The notes beneath the pieces are model-generated. The model did no database searches and had not been told where the DNA came from. It was given only the letters and a program-made list of their open reading frames with translations. A DNA stretch of 24,422 bases from Candidatus Zixiibacteriota bacterium (GTDB lineage: Bacteria > Zixibacteria > MSB-5A5 > GN15 > FEB-12), in contig JBGSIV010000044.1 in the NCBI GenBank assembly GCA_041742355.1, positions 1-24,422 of the forward strand, in the 5' to 3' direction. The position numbers and the translations under genes are program-made. Shown piece after piece: positions 17,117-24,422 of the stretch (position 1 is its first letter; each line of letters begins with the position of its first letter).

Positions 17117-17992
17117 ATGCCCTGGTATCCGCACCGCCTGTCTCACCTCGCCCTGGTGCTGGCAGCCTGCCTCTTGCTGGCCGGCGATTTGTCGGCCGCC
17201 GAATTCACCGGCGACTTGATCATGGCCAGTACCACCCGAAACCTCGCCGGTCGCATTACTGTCAAAGACTCTGTCTACCGCATGGACATCGTTGAGGGCG
17301 CCGGCACAATGTTTATCATCGTCAACCAGTTCACCAATGAATCCTACGTCTGTAACCCGAGCGGGAAGAACTACCGGATGATCCCGACCAAATCGCCGGC
17401 CAGCCTGCAGAACGATCCGTTCCAGGCCGCCCGATACGGTGACTCGATCGGAGTCCGCGAGTACCGCGGCCAGGATACCATCAACGGTTGGGCCTGCGAC
17501 CGGTATGTCATCAGGCTCGGCCCCAATCCAATCATGACCGAATGGGTCGCCTCTGAGCTAAGTTTCCCCGTTCGCATCGAGAACATGATGGCTGCCGATT
17601 CGGCCTACGTGGCGGTGCACAACATCTCCGTGGGAACGATCGACACCATGCAGCTAATCCTCCCCGCCGACTACGTGCTCCTCGAAGAGAAGCCCGCTCC
17701 TCCGCCGGGAGGTGTCAAGGCGGGCGAACAGCAGCGGCAGCAGATCGATCCGTCGCTGCCCGTCGAGGTGGCGTTGGTGAACTACGCCGACGGTGAGTCA
17801 GTCTGTGTCGTGGAGCTGCTGAAGGACGGCCGGCCGATGGATGAAACCGCTGTTGGGCCGGCAGCTCAGCGCACCTTCGCCTTTGCCGCAACCGGCGCGC
17901 AAACGCGTCGCATCTACGATGTCGGCGCCGATGCCGTAATCGTCAGAGTGACTTCGGGCGAGGTCGCAGTCGAAATTGTGCAGCCGCAGTAG
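17117..17992 (+). CDS. Exported protein with a DUF4412-like (LolA-fold-like) N-terminal domain, Pro-rich linker and small C-terminal beta domain
   Basis: Signal peptide ending LSA-AEF; G.I.VK...YRMD; GQDTINGWACDRY; EWVASELSFPVRI; LILPADY; then EEKPAPPPGG and about 90 more residues. Good SD and promoter. Confidence 0.7.
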   Translation: MPWYPHRLSHLALVLAACLLLAGDLSAAEFTGDLIMASTTRNLAGRITVKDSVYRMDIVEGAGTMFIIVNQFTNESYVCNPSGKNYRMIPTKSPASLQNDPFQAARYGDSIGVREYRGQDTINGWACDRYVIRLGPNPIMTEWVASELSFPVRIENMMAADSAYVAVHNISVGTIDTMQLILPADYVLLEEKPAPPPGGVKAGEQQRQQIDPSLPVEVALVNYADGESVCVVELLKDGRPMDETAVGPAAQRTFAFAATGAQTRRIYDVGADAVIVRVTSGEVAVEIVQPQ

Positions 17993-18295
17993 CAGGGGAT
18001 TAAACCTTGCCCGAGGCTTTTGGTCGACGTACTTTCTCTATCAGGCCCCGCCCGGACAAACCCCACTGTTCGGATCAGAGGCTCACCCCGCAGGGCAGCT
18101 GATGGGACGCGAACTCCGCGATGCGGAGCGCACCGCCGGAGGATAACCACTGGAGGACGGGCACGTACCGCGTGCGGAGCTGTCTCCTTCGACTTGTTTC
18201 CCCGGCGAATTGACACCCGGAGATCCGTTTCGATTTTGAGGCGGCTGGTACGTCCGGGCCGCCACCGCATCGCGATCAAAAACAGGACATCGCTT

Positions 18296-19780
18296 GTGCA
18301 CTCAAAGCGACTTGTAAGCGGGACACTCATAGTCGGGATGCTGCTGTGCGCCGCCTGCCTGCTGGCCATCGCCTGCTTCTCGTGCGGTGATGATTCGACT
18401 GACGGCGGAGGACCGCGCCTCGATCTCGCCGAAATCCGGGAACGCGGCGTGCTGCGCGCCATCACCACCTTCAGCTCCACCAGCTACTTCATCCACCGCG
18501 GCCGCACCATGGGTTACGAATACGAATTACTCCAACGCTTTGCCGAGCACATCGGTGTCGACCTTGAGATAGTTGTAACAGATGACCTTGAGCAGCTCTT
18601 CACTATGCTGCAGCAGGGCGAAGGGGATCTCGTTGCCCAAAATCTCCCGGCGGCTTCAGACCCGGACGGCCCGGTCGTTTTCACCGTTCCGCACATGTCG
18701 ACTCATCAGGTACTGGTACAGCGCAAGCCCGAGCAGTGGCGGCGAATGAAACGGCGCGAAATCGATCAGTTGGTCGTGCGCGATCCGATCGATCTCATCG
18801 GCCGGACCGTCCATGTCCGCCGCGGCAGCCCGTATGTCGACCGCCTGACCGGCCTCACCCGGGATATCGGGGGCGAGATCGCCATTGAGGTGGTCGAGGG
18901 AAACGTTTCGACTGAAGCCCTCATCCGCATGGTCGCCGAAGGGCGGATCGACTACACGGTTGCCGACGAGAACCTCGCTTACATGTTTCGCAATGACTAT
19001 CCTATCCTCGATGTCGAGACGCGGCTCTCCCAGCCCCAGCGTATTGCCTGGGCGGTGCGAACGTCCTCGCCCGATCTGCTGGAGACAATCAATCGCTGGC
19101 TCGTCCAGATGAAGCAGACCGCCGATTACTACACGATCTACAACAAGTATTTTCGCAATCGCACCGCCTTCCGCCGCGCCACACGTGCGGTTTTCACCGG
19201 CGTGCATTACATCTCGCCGTTCGACAGCGTTGTCCAATTCCATGCCGCCCGCATCAACTGGGACTGGCGCCTCCTCTCGGCCCTGATCTACCAGGAATCA
19301 CAGTTCGACCCGGAGGCGCAGTCGTACGCTGGCGCCTGCGGACTCATGCAGATGATGCCGACTACCGCCGAGCTGTACGGTGTCAGCGGCGCCGACATCT
19401 TTGATCCGTCGCGCAGTATCGAGGCGGGGGCAAGTTATCTGGCGTACCTAAGAAAGCTATTCAAAGAGATCCCCGATACCCTCGAGCAGATCAAGTTCGC
19501 TCTCGCCGCGTACAACGTGGGCGTCGCGCATGTCCAGGATGCCCAGCGACTGGCCGCCAAGTATGGCGAGGACCCGTTCATGTGGACTGACAACGTCGAG
19601 GAGTACATGCTCCTCAAATCCGATCCCGTCTACTATTCGGACGATGCCGTTCAGTACGGTTACTCCCGGGGAAGCGAGCCGGTCGCATTCGTCCGCGACA
19701 TTATTAGCCGGTTCGAGCACTACAAACGGGTGGCTCCGGCGGTCGTGACTTCCGGTCAGGTCGTCCGAGGGCAACCCTGA
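18296..19780 (+). CDS. mltF: MltF-type lytic transglycosylase (substrate-binding-protein domain plus SLT domain), probable lipoprotein
   Basis: SBP-family-3 motifs (IRERGVLRAIT, YFIHRG..MGYEYEL, IDYTVAD, IAWAVR) and SLT motifs YQESQF, GLMQM, AAYNVG..HV.DA. The start is moved from the track's 18020 to GTG 18296 (AGGA upstream; hydrophobic signal ending ACFSC). Confidence 0.88.
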   Translation: MHSKRLVSGTLIVGMLLCAACLLAIACFSCGDDSTDGGGPRLDLAEIRERGVLRAITTFSSTSYFIHRGRTMGYEYELLQRFAEHIGVDLEIVVTDDLEQLFTMLQQGEGDLVAQNLPAASDPDGPVVFTVPHMSTHQVLVQRKPEQWRRMKRREIDQLVVRDPIDLIGRTVHVRRGSPYVDRLTGLTRDIGGEIAIEVVEGNVSTEALIRMVAEGRIDYTVADENLAYMFRNDYPILDVETRLSQPQRIAWAVRTSSPDLLETINRWLVQMKQTADYYTIYNKYFRNRTAFRRATRAVFTGVHYISPFDSVVQFHAARINWDWRLLSALIYQESQFDPEAQSYAGACGLMQMMPTTAELYGVSGADIFDPSRSIEAGASYLAYLRKLFKEIPDTLEQIKFALAAYNVGVAHVQDAQRLAAKYGEDPFMWTDNVEEYMLLKSDPVYYSDDAVQYGYSRGSEPVAFVRDIISRFEHYKRVAPAVVTSGQVVRGQP

Positions 19781-19799
19781 CCGCGCTCTTCCACACCAC

Positions 19800-19832
19800 A
19801 AAAAGTGGGCAGAACCACGACGGATTCTGCCC
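19800..19832. terminator. Hairpin terminator between the convergent mltF and YbaK-family genes
   Basis: GGGCAGAA/TTCTGCCC stem (19807-19832), with an A-tract on the left giving a U-tail for the minus-strand transcript. Confidence 0.6.
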
Positions 19833-19856
19833 GGCAAAACTCTCTCCCGGCAACCG

Positions 19857-20327
19857 CTATCCCGAACGCCGCCCCACCGGCAGCACTTTCGGTGCGACCA
19901 ACCGCTCGAAATCCGAATACTGCATCCGGATCAGTTCACTGTGCGATCCGGCGTTGAAGGCAATTTCATGGTCTGCCGTCAGGCTGTCCGCCACAATCGT
20001 ATCCCTGTTGAACAGGTTTCCGAACGGCGGCATGGCGCCAACGTCCGATTCCGGAAAACGGTCGCGGAACTCTGACTCGGCGGCAATCTCGATCTGCCGG
20101 GCGCCGGTCTCGTGGCGCAGGCGCTCCATGTCGACAACCTCGGACGCCGGCATCACTACCATTTTCATGTCTCCGTCCATTTTCACGATGACTGTTTTCG
20201 CCATGTCCCGCCCGGGAATATGTGCCGATGCGGCGATTTCCTGAGCCGTGAACGCCGGCGAGTGCTGAATCGTCGTGTACTTGACGTTGTGCTCGTCGAG
20301 GTAACGCATCAACTTGCTGATAGCCAT
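19857..20327 (-). CDS. YbaK/EbsC (ProXp) family protein, possible aminoacyl-tRNA deacylase
   Basis: 156 aa from ATG 20327 with a strong SD (AAGGAGG). Motifs H..AFTAQEIA, conserved Lys in MAKTVIV, GAMPPFG and FNAGSH. The track's 49-aa N-terminal extension is probably not real. Confidence 0.9.
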   Translation of the reverse strand: MAISKLMRYLDEHNVKYTTIQHSPAFTAQEIAASAHIPGRDMAKTVIVKMDGDMKMVVMPASEVVDMERLRHETGARQIEIAAESEFRDRFPESDVGAMPPFGNLFNRDTIVADSLTADHEIAFNAGSHSELIRMQYSDFERLVAPKVLPVGRRSG

Positions 20328-20519
20328 ATAATTATCCTCCTTGTGCACCGCGCGTGGGGTCTGCGCTGTCCGGCACACCCCATTTCGCCCACCCGCAGCC
20401 CCGCGGTGCGTCAGTCCTAGAATACCGCCCGCACCCATTTGTTTCCTCTCTTGAGAGCGGTCACCCTTGGCCACGAACCGGCTCGACCACGATTAGCGCC
20501 GCTGCAGTTCACAGCACCA

Positions 20520-20561
20520 AGAAATGAGCGCCATCCCCAAGCGGGTCGTGGGATGGCGCTC
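20520..20561 (-). terminator. Rho-independent terminator after the PAP2 gene
   Basis: 12-bp perfect stem GAGCGCCATCCC/GGGATGGCGCTC (20526-20561), followed on the minus strand by ATTTCTT. Confidence 0.7.
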
Positions 20562-20616
20562 CATGCAGATACAACAGAAGGAAAGAGAACGCTTTGCTAT
20601 ATTCTTCGCGGCCGCT

Positions 20617-21405
20617 TCAGAACCCTCGCGCCTTCTTGTTCACGTGTACGACGCCCTCGCCGATTGCAATGCCGATAATCGCACCGGCCAGTACATCGGA
20701 CGTATAGTGAGCGTCATAGTTCACGCGGGCGAACGCCACCAGCGTTGCAATGCCGTACGCGATTGTCTTCACCCACCACTGATCGTAGTGCGCCGCGATG
20801 ACCGCGGCGTTCACGAAGGCGGTGGTCGCGTGTCCCGACGGGAAGGAGTCGTGCCCACTGAAGGAGTTGAACTCGTACTGGCCATCGCTCTTCTGCGGGC
20901 GGTGGCGGCCGATGCTCCGCTTGAGGAACGGCGTGACGATGTTGCCCGTGATCAAGTTCGCGGCGATACCGTCAAGCGCCACCATTTTCGCCGTCTCATT
21001 ATCGAAGACGAGGCCGGAGAGAAAGAACCCACCCATCACCCAGGTGGGGTAATTCAGGCCGAACCGATCGACCCGATCGGCGACCCACTCGGTGGCATCA
21101 CTGCGGTTGCGTTGGGCCATATCGCGTACCGGCTCATCAAGCAGCGCCGATGTCCCCAGCACGGAGAGCGCCCGCAGCGAGAAGGCCGACCAATCGTCGG
21201 TGTTCCACTCCAGCGGCGCACCAAAGACATAACCGACATCGCGTAGAAGGGTCCGGCCGTAGTCCAGCGACCAGAGGTTCTCCACTTTGGGGGATGGCTT
21301 GGGCGGAGCGAAAGTCTGATCCTCGGCTCCTGCCGGGGATGCTATCGACAGGCAGGCAAGGGCGAACGCGATTACCGCTGCGCTGCGCAGGCAAGGTGTT
21401 TTCAT
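20617..21405 (-). CDS. PAP2-family phosphatase with N-terminal signal peptide
   Basis: All three PAP2 motifs are present: KRSIGRHRP, SFPSGH, ARVNYDAHYTSD. The start is taken as ATG 21405 (MKTPCLRSAAVIAFALACLSIASPAGA). Substrate (undecaprenyl-PP, lipid A or PGP) cannot be determined. Confidence 0.88.
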   Translation of the reverse strand: MKTPCLRSAAVIAFALACLSIASPAGAEDQTFAPPKPSPKVENLWSLDYGRTLLRDVGYVFGAPLEWNTDDWSAFSLRALSVLGTSALLDEPVRDMAQRNRSDATEWVADRVDRFGLNYPTWVMGGFFLSGLVFDNETAKMVALDGIAANLITGNIVTPFLKRSIGRHRPQKSDGQYEFNSFSGHDSFPSGHATTAFVNAAVIAAHYDQWWVKTIAYGIATLVAFARVNYDAHYTSDVLAGAIIGIAIGEGVVHVNKKARGF

Positions 21406-21622
21406 ATCTTTGAGCGGTCCCAGTGTGTGTGCACGATGCAATTACTACTGCTGATAAACGCTCAGGCGCGGGCGGTTCCAGAATCGGCTGGCAAAACAGC
21501 ACTTCTGTCAGGTCGCGACGGCTTTTTGACAGAGTAGGGCAGAGCGTGGGACGGAATATGACGCTAAACGCACGTGAAAGCATGGCGATGTCGTGAAGAG
21601 GCAGGCGCCAGTACGGCCGCTG

Positions 21623-22432
21623 TCAGAGCACGTCCTCGACCGGCCACCACAAGCGGGTATGGCTGCAGGATTCCGACGCAATCTGGCGGGTCGAGAGGAA
21701 CTGCCAGTTATCCGGATCCGGCAGGGGAGGACCGGTCACCTGGTGTGCGAATCGGTTGTACGCATCCAGGCCGACTGCGAAGTACGGATCTTCCTTCCAA
21801 TGCTCAAATGTCGGCCGGTGTGTGACCACCTTGCGCCCCTCGGCAAAGACGGCCATCACCATCCGGCGCAGAGTCGAGTCGCTGAGGATCTCGACATCCC
21901 TGCCGTCGATGTGGTCGACAAGCCGCTCCTCGGTGTGCGCGGGCGGAATGTTGAACAGCCGTCGTGCGTGATGCTCAAAGAGAATGGTCAGGCAGACCCG
22001 GTCCATCTTGAACGCCTGGTTGCCGTAGCGGCGCGGGCCATTGCGGCTGTCCAGCATGAATGACATGATCGACAGCGCGCCGGCTGTCTGCTGCTGCAGC
22101 GTCGGCAGGTGTGGGTAGAAGCGCGTTCCCACGCTACGCAGCCGGAAGTAGTCCGGGAAGTTGGCCTGGAGGATTTCGAGCCAGTGACGGAACGCTTTTC
22201 GCCCCATCGGGTACTTCGCATTCGGCTGGGTCAGGAAGCCGGTCGGCGCTTTCTGCTGGAAGGCGAACCCCGTGCCGTGATTCTTGCAGTGGCGGCAGGT
22301 GTACGTTCGGCTGGGAAATGGGCGCTCGCGACCGCCGGAGCCGGCCGTCCCCCGCACGACGTGATCCAACACCCACATTGTCTCTGAACAGGCCGGACAG
22401 CGCAACTGGATTATGGTCAGGGGCGTAGCCAT
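21623..22432 (-). CDS. Hypothetical protein with N-terminal CxxC-x30-CxxC (zinc-ribbon-like) motif
   Basis: 269-aa ORF filling the gap between PAP2 and marC, with protein-like composition. CPAC at residues 12-15, CRHC at 46-49; GGGAG upstream of the ATG. Confidence 0.7.
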   Translation of the reverse strand: MATPLTIIQLRCPACSETMWVLDHVVRGTAGSGGRERPFPSRTYTCRHCKNHGTGFAFQQKAPTGFLTQPNAKYPMGRKAFRHWLEILQANFPDYFRLRSVGTRFYPHLPTLQQQTAGALSIMSFMLDSRNGPRRYGNQAFKMDRVCLTILFEHHARRLFNIPPAHTEERLVDHIDGRDVEILSDSTLRRMVMAVFAEGRKVVTHRPTFEHWKEDPYFAVGLDAYNRFAHQVTGPPLPDPDNWQFLSTRQIASESCSHTRLWWPVEDVL

Positions 22433-22509
22433 ATCTTCAATCTCCCGCGCGAACGAGTGTTCCGTTTCCGCCGGAGCCTGTCCCGCTGTGCCCCGGCCCG
22501 TTCCTTCTC

Positions 22510-22535
22510 AACGCTCCGGCTGTCCGGCACGTTCC
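22510..22535 (-). promoter_or_regulatory. ECF-sigma-type promoter upstream of the CxxC hypothetical gene
   Basis: Minus strand reads GGAAC-N17-CGTT, the EcfG/SigH/SigR-type consensus, about 77 nt upstream of the ATG. Confidence 0.5.
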
Positions 22536-22696
22536 GACGGCGGGCATTTTCCGCCTCACGCTTGTACGTGGCGCCGGTATGGCAGGCCGGAGTGAGGCTG
22601 GCCCGGTCTTTATGTTGACGGAGGTTATGGCGCAGTGCAGTTTATCCATGCCCGACGATCAACCCGGGCACTGGCGAAAATTCGTGGAGGCTCGTC

Positions 22697-23329
22697 ATGG
22701 AGTGGTACGACTACCTGCAGATATTTACCGCGCTCTTCGTGCTGGTCGACCCGCTGGGGACAATCCCCGTGTTTGTCAGCCTGACGGCTGACGAAACCGA
22801 GAGCGAACGGCGGCGGACGGCGATGGTGGCCATATTCGCGTTTGCGATCGTGCTCATTGTGGCGACCGTGGCGGGGCAGCCGCTCTTGCAGTTCTTCGGC
22901 ATCCGCCTCGGGTCATTCACCGTGGCCGGGGGGGTGCTGATTCTACTGATGGCGATCTCCATGCTCAACGCCCGGATCAGCCCGGCGCGCAGCACGCCGG
23001 AAGAGGCTGCTGAAGGTGCGGCCAAGCAGAATGTGGCCGTGGTACCGCTGGCGGTGCCGCTCATGGCCGGGCCGGCCAGTATCAGCACGGTGATCATTTA
23101 CTCGCAGCGCGACGGAGGCTGGCTGCTCAAGGGGTATGTCATCCTGTGCATCGTTATGGTCGGTGTGCTGGCGTGGGTCGCGCTGCGACTGGCGATACCG
23201 CTGTCGCGGCGGCTGGGGAAGACCGGCCTTAACAACTTCACCCGCCTCATGGGGTTACTGCTGGCCGCGATCGCGGTCGAGTTTATCGTCAAGGGACTGG
23301 TCGAGCTGTTTCCGTCGCTGGGCAACTAG
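22697..23329 (+). CDS. marC: MarC-family (NAAT/YchE-like) six-TM membrane protein
   Basis: 210 aa. Motifs LFVLVDPLGTIPVF, FFGI....F.VAGG, AVVPLAVPLMAGPASI and RLMGLLLAAIAVE. SD GGAGG. Confidence 0.93.
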   Translation: MEWYDYLQIFTALFVLVDPLGTIPVFVSLTADETESERRRTAMVAIFAFAIVLIVATVAGQPLLQFFGIRLGSFTVAGGVLILLMAISMLNARISPARSTPEEAAEGAAKQNVAVVPLAVPLMAGPASISTVIIYSQRDGGWLLKGYVILCIVMVGVLAWVALRLAIPLSRRLGKTGLNNFTRLMGLLLAAIAVEFIVKGLVELFPSLGN

Positions 23330-23344
23330 AGGCGCAGGCCGCCG

Positions 23345-24193
23345 CTACAATTTCAGGTGCTGGAATACCATGATCTTGTTGGCGTACTCGACATTCTGGG
23401 CGACGACCGGGATGCCGAGCTTGCGCTTCACGCTGCCCGGACCGGCGTTGTAGGCGACCCCGGCAAGCAGCAGCACATGGGACTCGTCGGCGAGATCGAG
23501 GTCGCGCTTGACCATGCGGGCGAGGGTGGCGAGGTAGTGCACGAGCATATCGTCGGACACGGCCGGGTCAAAGCGGGCATCGAGGGCGCGGCGAGCCTCG
23601 GGGGTGAGGGAGAGCATGCGCTTCTTGAAGTCGGCCATGGTGTTCTCATGGAGCTTCTCAAATCTGGCCTTTAACGTATCCGACTCGGTGCGAAGGGCTT
23701 TCGCCTGGACATCATCTCCCTTCCGGAACGCGGCGACCGCGTCGTTCATCTTACCCTGATACCGATTGCGGAGCGCGAGGACATCATCCTGGGCCTGGAA
23801 TTCGGCGGCGGGGGGAAGGATGGCGCCGAGCTCGCGGGCGGTGGCATGCATGAACTGGGCGCCGCCAACGGCGTAGGAGTTTGAGATAGCGTCGGGATTG
23901 AAAGCGGACTCGATCGCCTGGATTTTGGCGGCGAGAATGTGGGAGATGGGGTAGATGTGGGCGTACTTCTCGCAGGCGGCCTGAAGGCGCGGGATGTGGG
24001 CCGAAGCCTGAGGGAGGGCTACGAGGATTTTGGACAAGTCGCGGTCGGTGGCAAGGGAGGGTGCGAGGGTCGGTGCAGGCGGTTCAAGGTTAAGTGCTGC
24101 AATGGTTTGCGGCAACATGAGGAGACCGGCAAGGCCGGTCGTGGTCGTGGCGAGAAAGTCTCGGCGGCTGCGAAGGTCCATCGATGTGTCCAT
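23345..24193 (-). CDS. Tat-exported SLT-domain lytic transglycosylase-like protein with a helical insertion
   Basis: Twin-arginine signal SRRDFL followed by a hydrophobic stretch. SLT motif I IESAFNPDAIS, motif II GGAQFM and motif III AYNAGPG, then YANKI. Alternative start at 24181. Confidence 0.8.
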   Translation of the reverse strand: MDTSMDLRSRRDFLATTTTGLAGLLMLPQTIAALNLEPPAPTLAPSLATDRDLSKILVALPQASAHIPRLQAACEKYAHIYPISHILAAKIQAIESAFNPDAISNSYAVGGAQFMHATARELGAILPPAAEFQAQDDVLALRNRYQGKMNDAVAAFRKGDDVQAKALRTESDTLKARFEKLHENTMADFKKRMLSLTPEARRALDARFDPAVSDDMLVHYLATLARMVKRDLDLADESHVLLLAGVAYNAGPGSVKRKLGIPVVAQNVEYANKIMVFQHLKL

Positions 24194-24404
24194 CCCTGGT
24201 TTGCGACGTTCTTCCTACAGGTGTTACGCTTAAGATCGGAAAAGAAGCCGCAAAAGCGAGAGAAGGCGACAAGAAATTTGTCGTGCCGAGAAGAACGGCT
24301 GTGTTTTGGGTTCGTTTTGGTGCCGCAGGGTCACACGCTCTCCCCTTGCGTTGCTCGGGGTCGCGCAAGACCCTGCGGAACAGGGGGCGTTTCAGAGCAG
24401 CGCG

Positions 24405-24422
24405 GCCGATGTGGACATCGGC
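24405..24422. repeat. GC-rich palindrome at the window edge, possibly a truncated REP-like element
   Basis: GCCGATGT-GG-ACATCGGC perfect inverted repeat, cut by the window end. Confidence 0.35.

Noticed and set aside
18090..18115. Resemblance to a c-di-GMP-I riboswitch (CAGGGCA...GGGACGC) or hammerhead core (CTGATG...GAA)
   Set aside because: The spacing is too short. There is no GAAA-tetraloop stem or receptor, and no CUGANGA, stem II or GAAA.
18020..18295. 92-aa N-terminal extension of MltF given in the ORF track
   Set aside because: TTG start with Arg-rich low-quality sequence. The signal peptide and an SD-like AGGA point to GTG 18296.
13611..21582. Partial parS-like (TGTTTCAC at 13611, CACGTGAAA at 21571) and DnaA-box-like words
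   Set aside because: Only half-sites or 7/9 matches, with no cluster. Not enough to call parS or oriC.
20365..22530. Identical 12-mer GCTGTCCGGCAC at 20365-20376 and 22519-22530, upstream of two minus-strand genes
   Set aside because: Only two copies, GC-rich, at different distances from the start codons. This is compatible with chance.
1..24422. CRISPR arrays, tRNA/rRNA, transposases, integrases, phage or defence genes, frameshifted pseudogenes
   Set aside because: No regularly spaced repeats, cloverleaf signatures or relevant protein motifs were seen. The main genes are uninterrupted and account for nearly all of the sequence.

Overview
GC-rich (roughly 60-65%) window from a diderm bacterium with 14 protein-coding genes. 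No mobile element, CRISPR array, rRNA or tRNA was seen. From left to right: (1) a minus-strand outer-membrane biogenesis block, tamB-like gene -> Omp85 (TamA/BamA-type) gene -> M48 metallopeptidase lipoprotein, which runs off the left edge and is missing from the ORF track; (2) a divergently transcribed pyruvate dehydrogenase operon aceE-aceF-lpdA, with a long structured leader and a clear terminator; (3) an M50 site-2 protease with CBS domains, convergent with a short-type aconitase whose first Fe-S ligand Cys is replaced by Ser; (4) an exported DUF4412-like protein and an MltF-type lytic transglycosylase; (5) YbaK/EbsC-family and PAP2-phosphatase genes, a CxxC-CxxC hypothetical protein with an ECF-sigma-type promoter, marC, and a Tat-exported lytic transglycosylase with a large helical insertion. 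The gene content is mostly housekeeping or envelope-related, and I cannot claim a new multi-gene system. The best leads are the riboswitch-like aceE leader, the ligand-variant aconitase, the unusual Tat-SLT protein and a flip in GC-skew/codon polarity near 20-22 kb. All family calls come from recognising motifs by eye, not from database searches.
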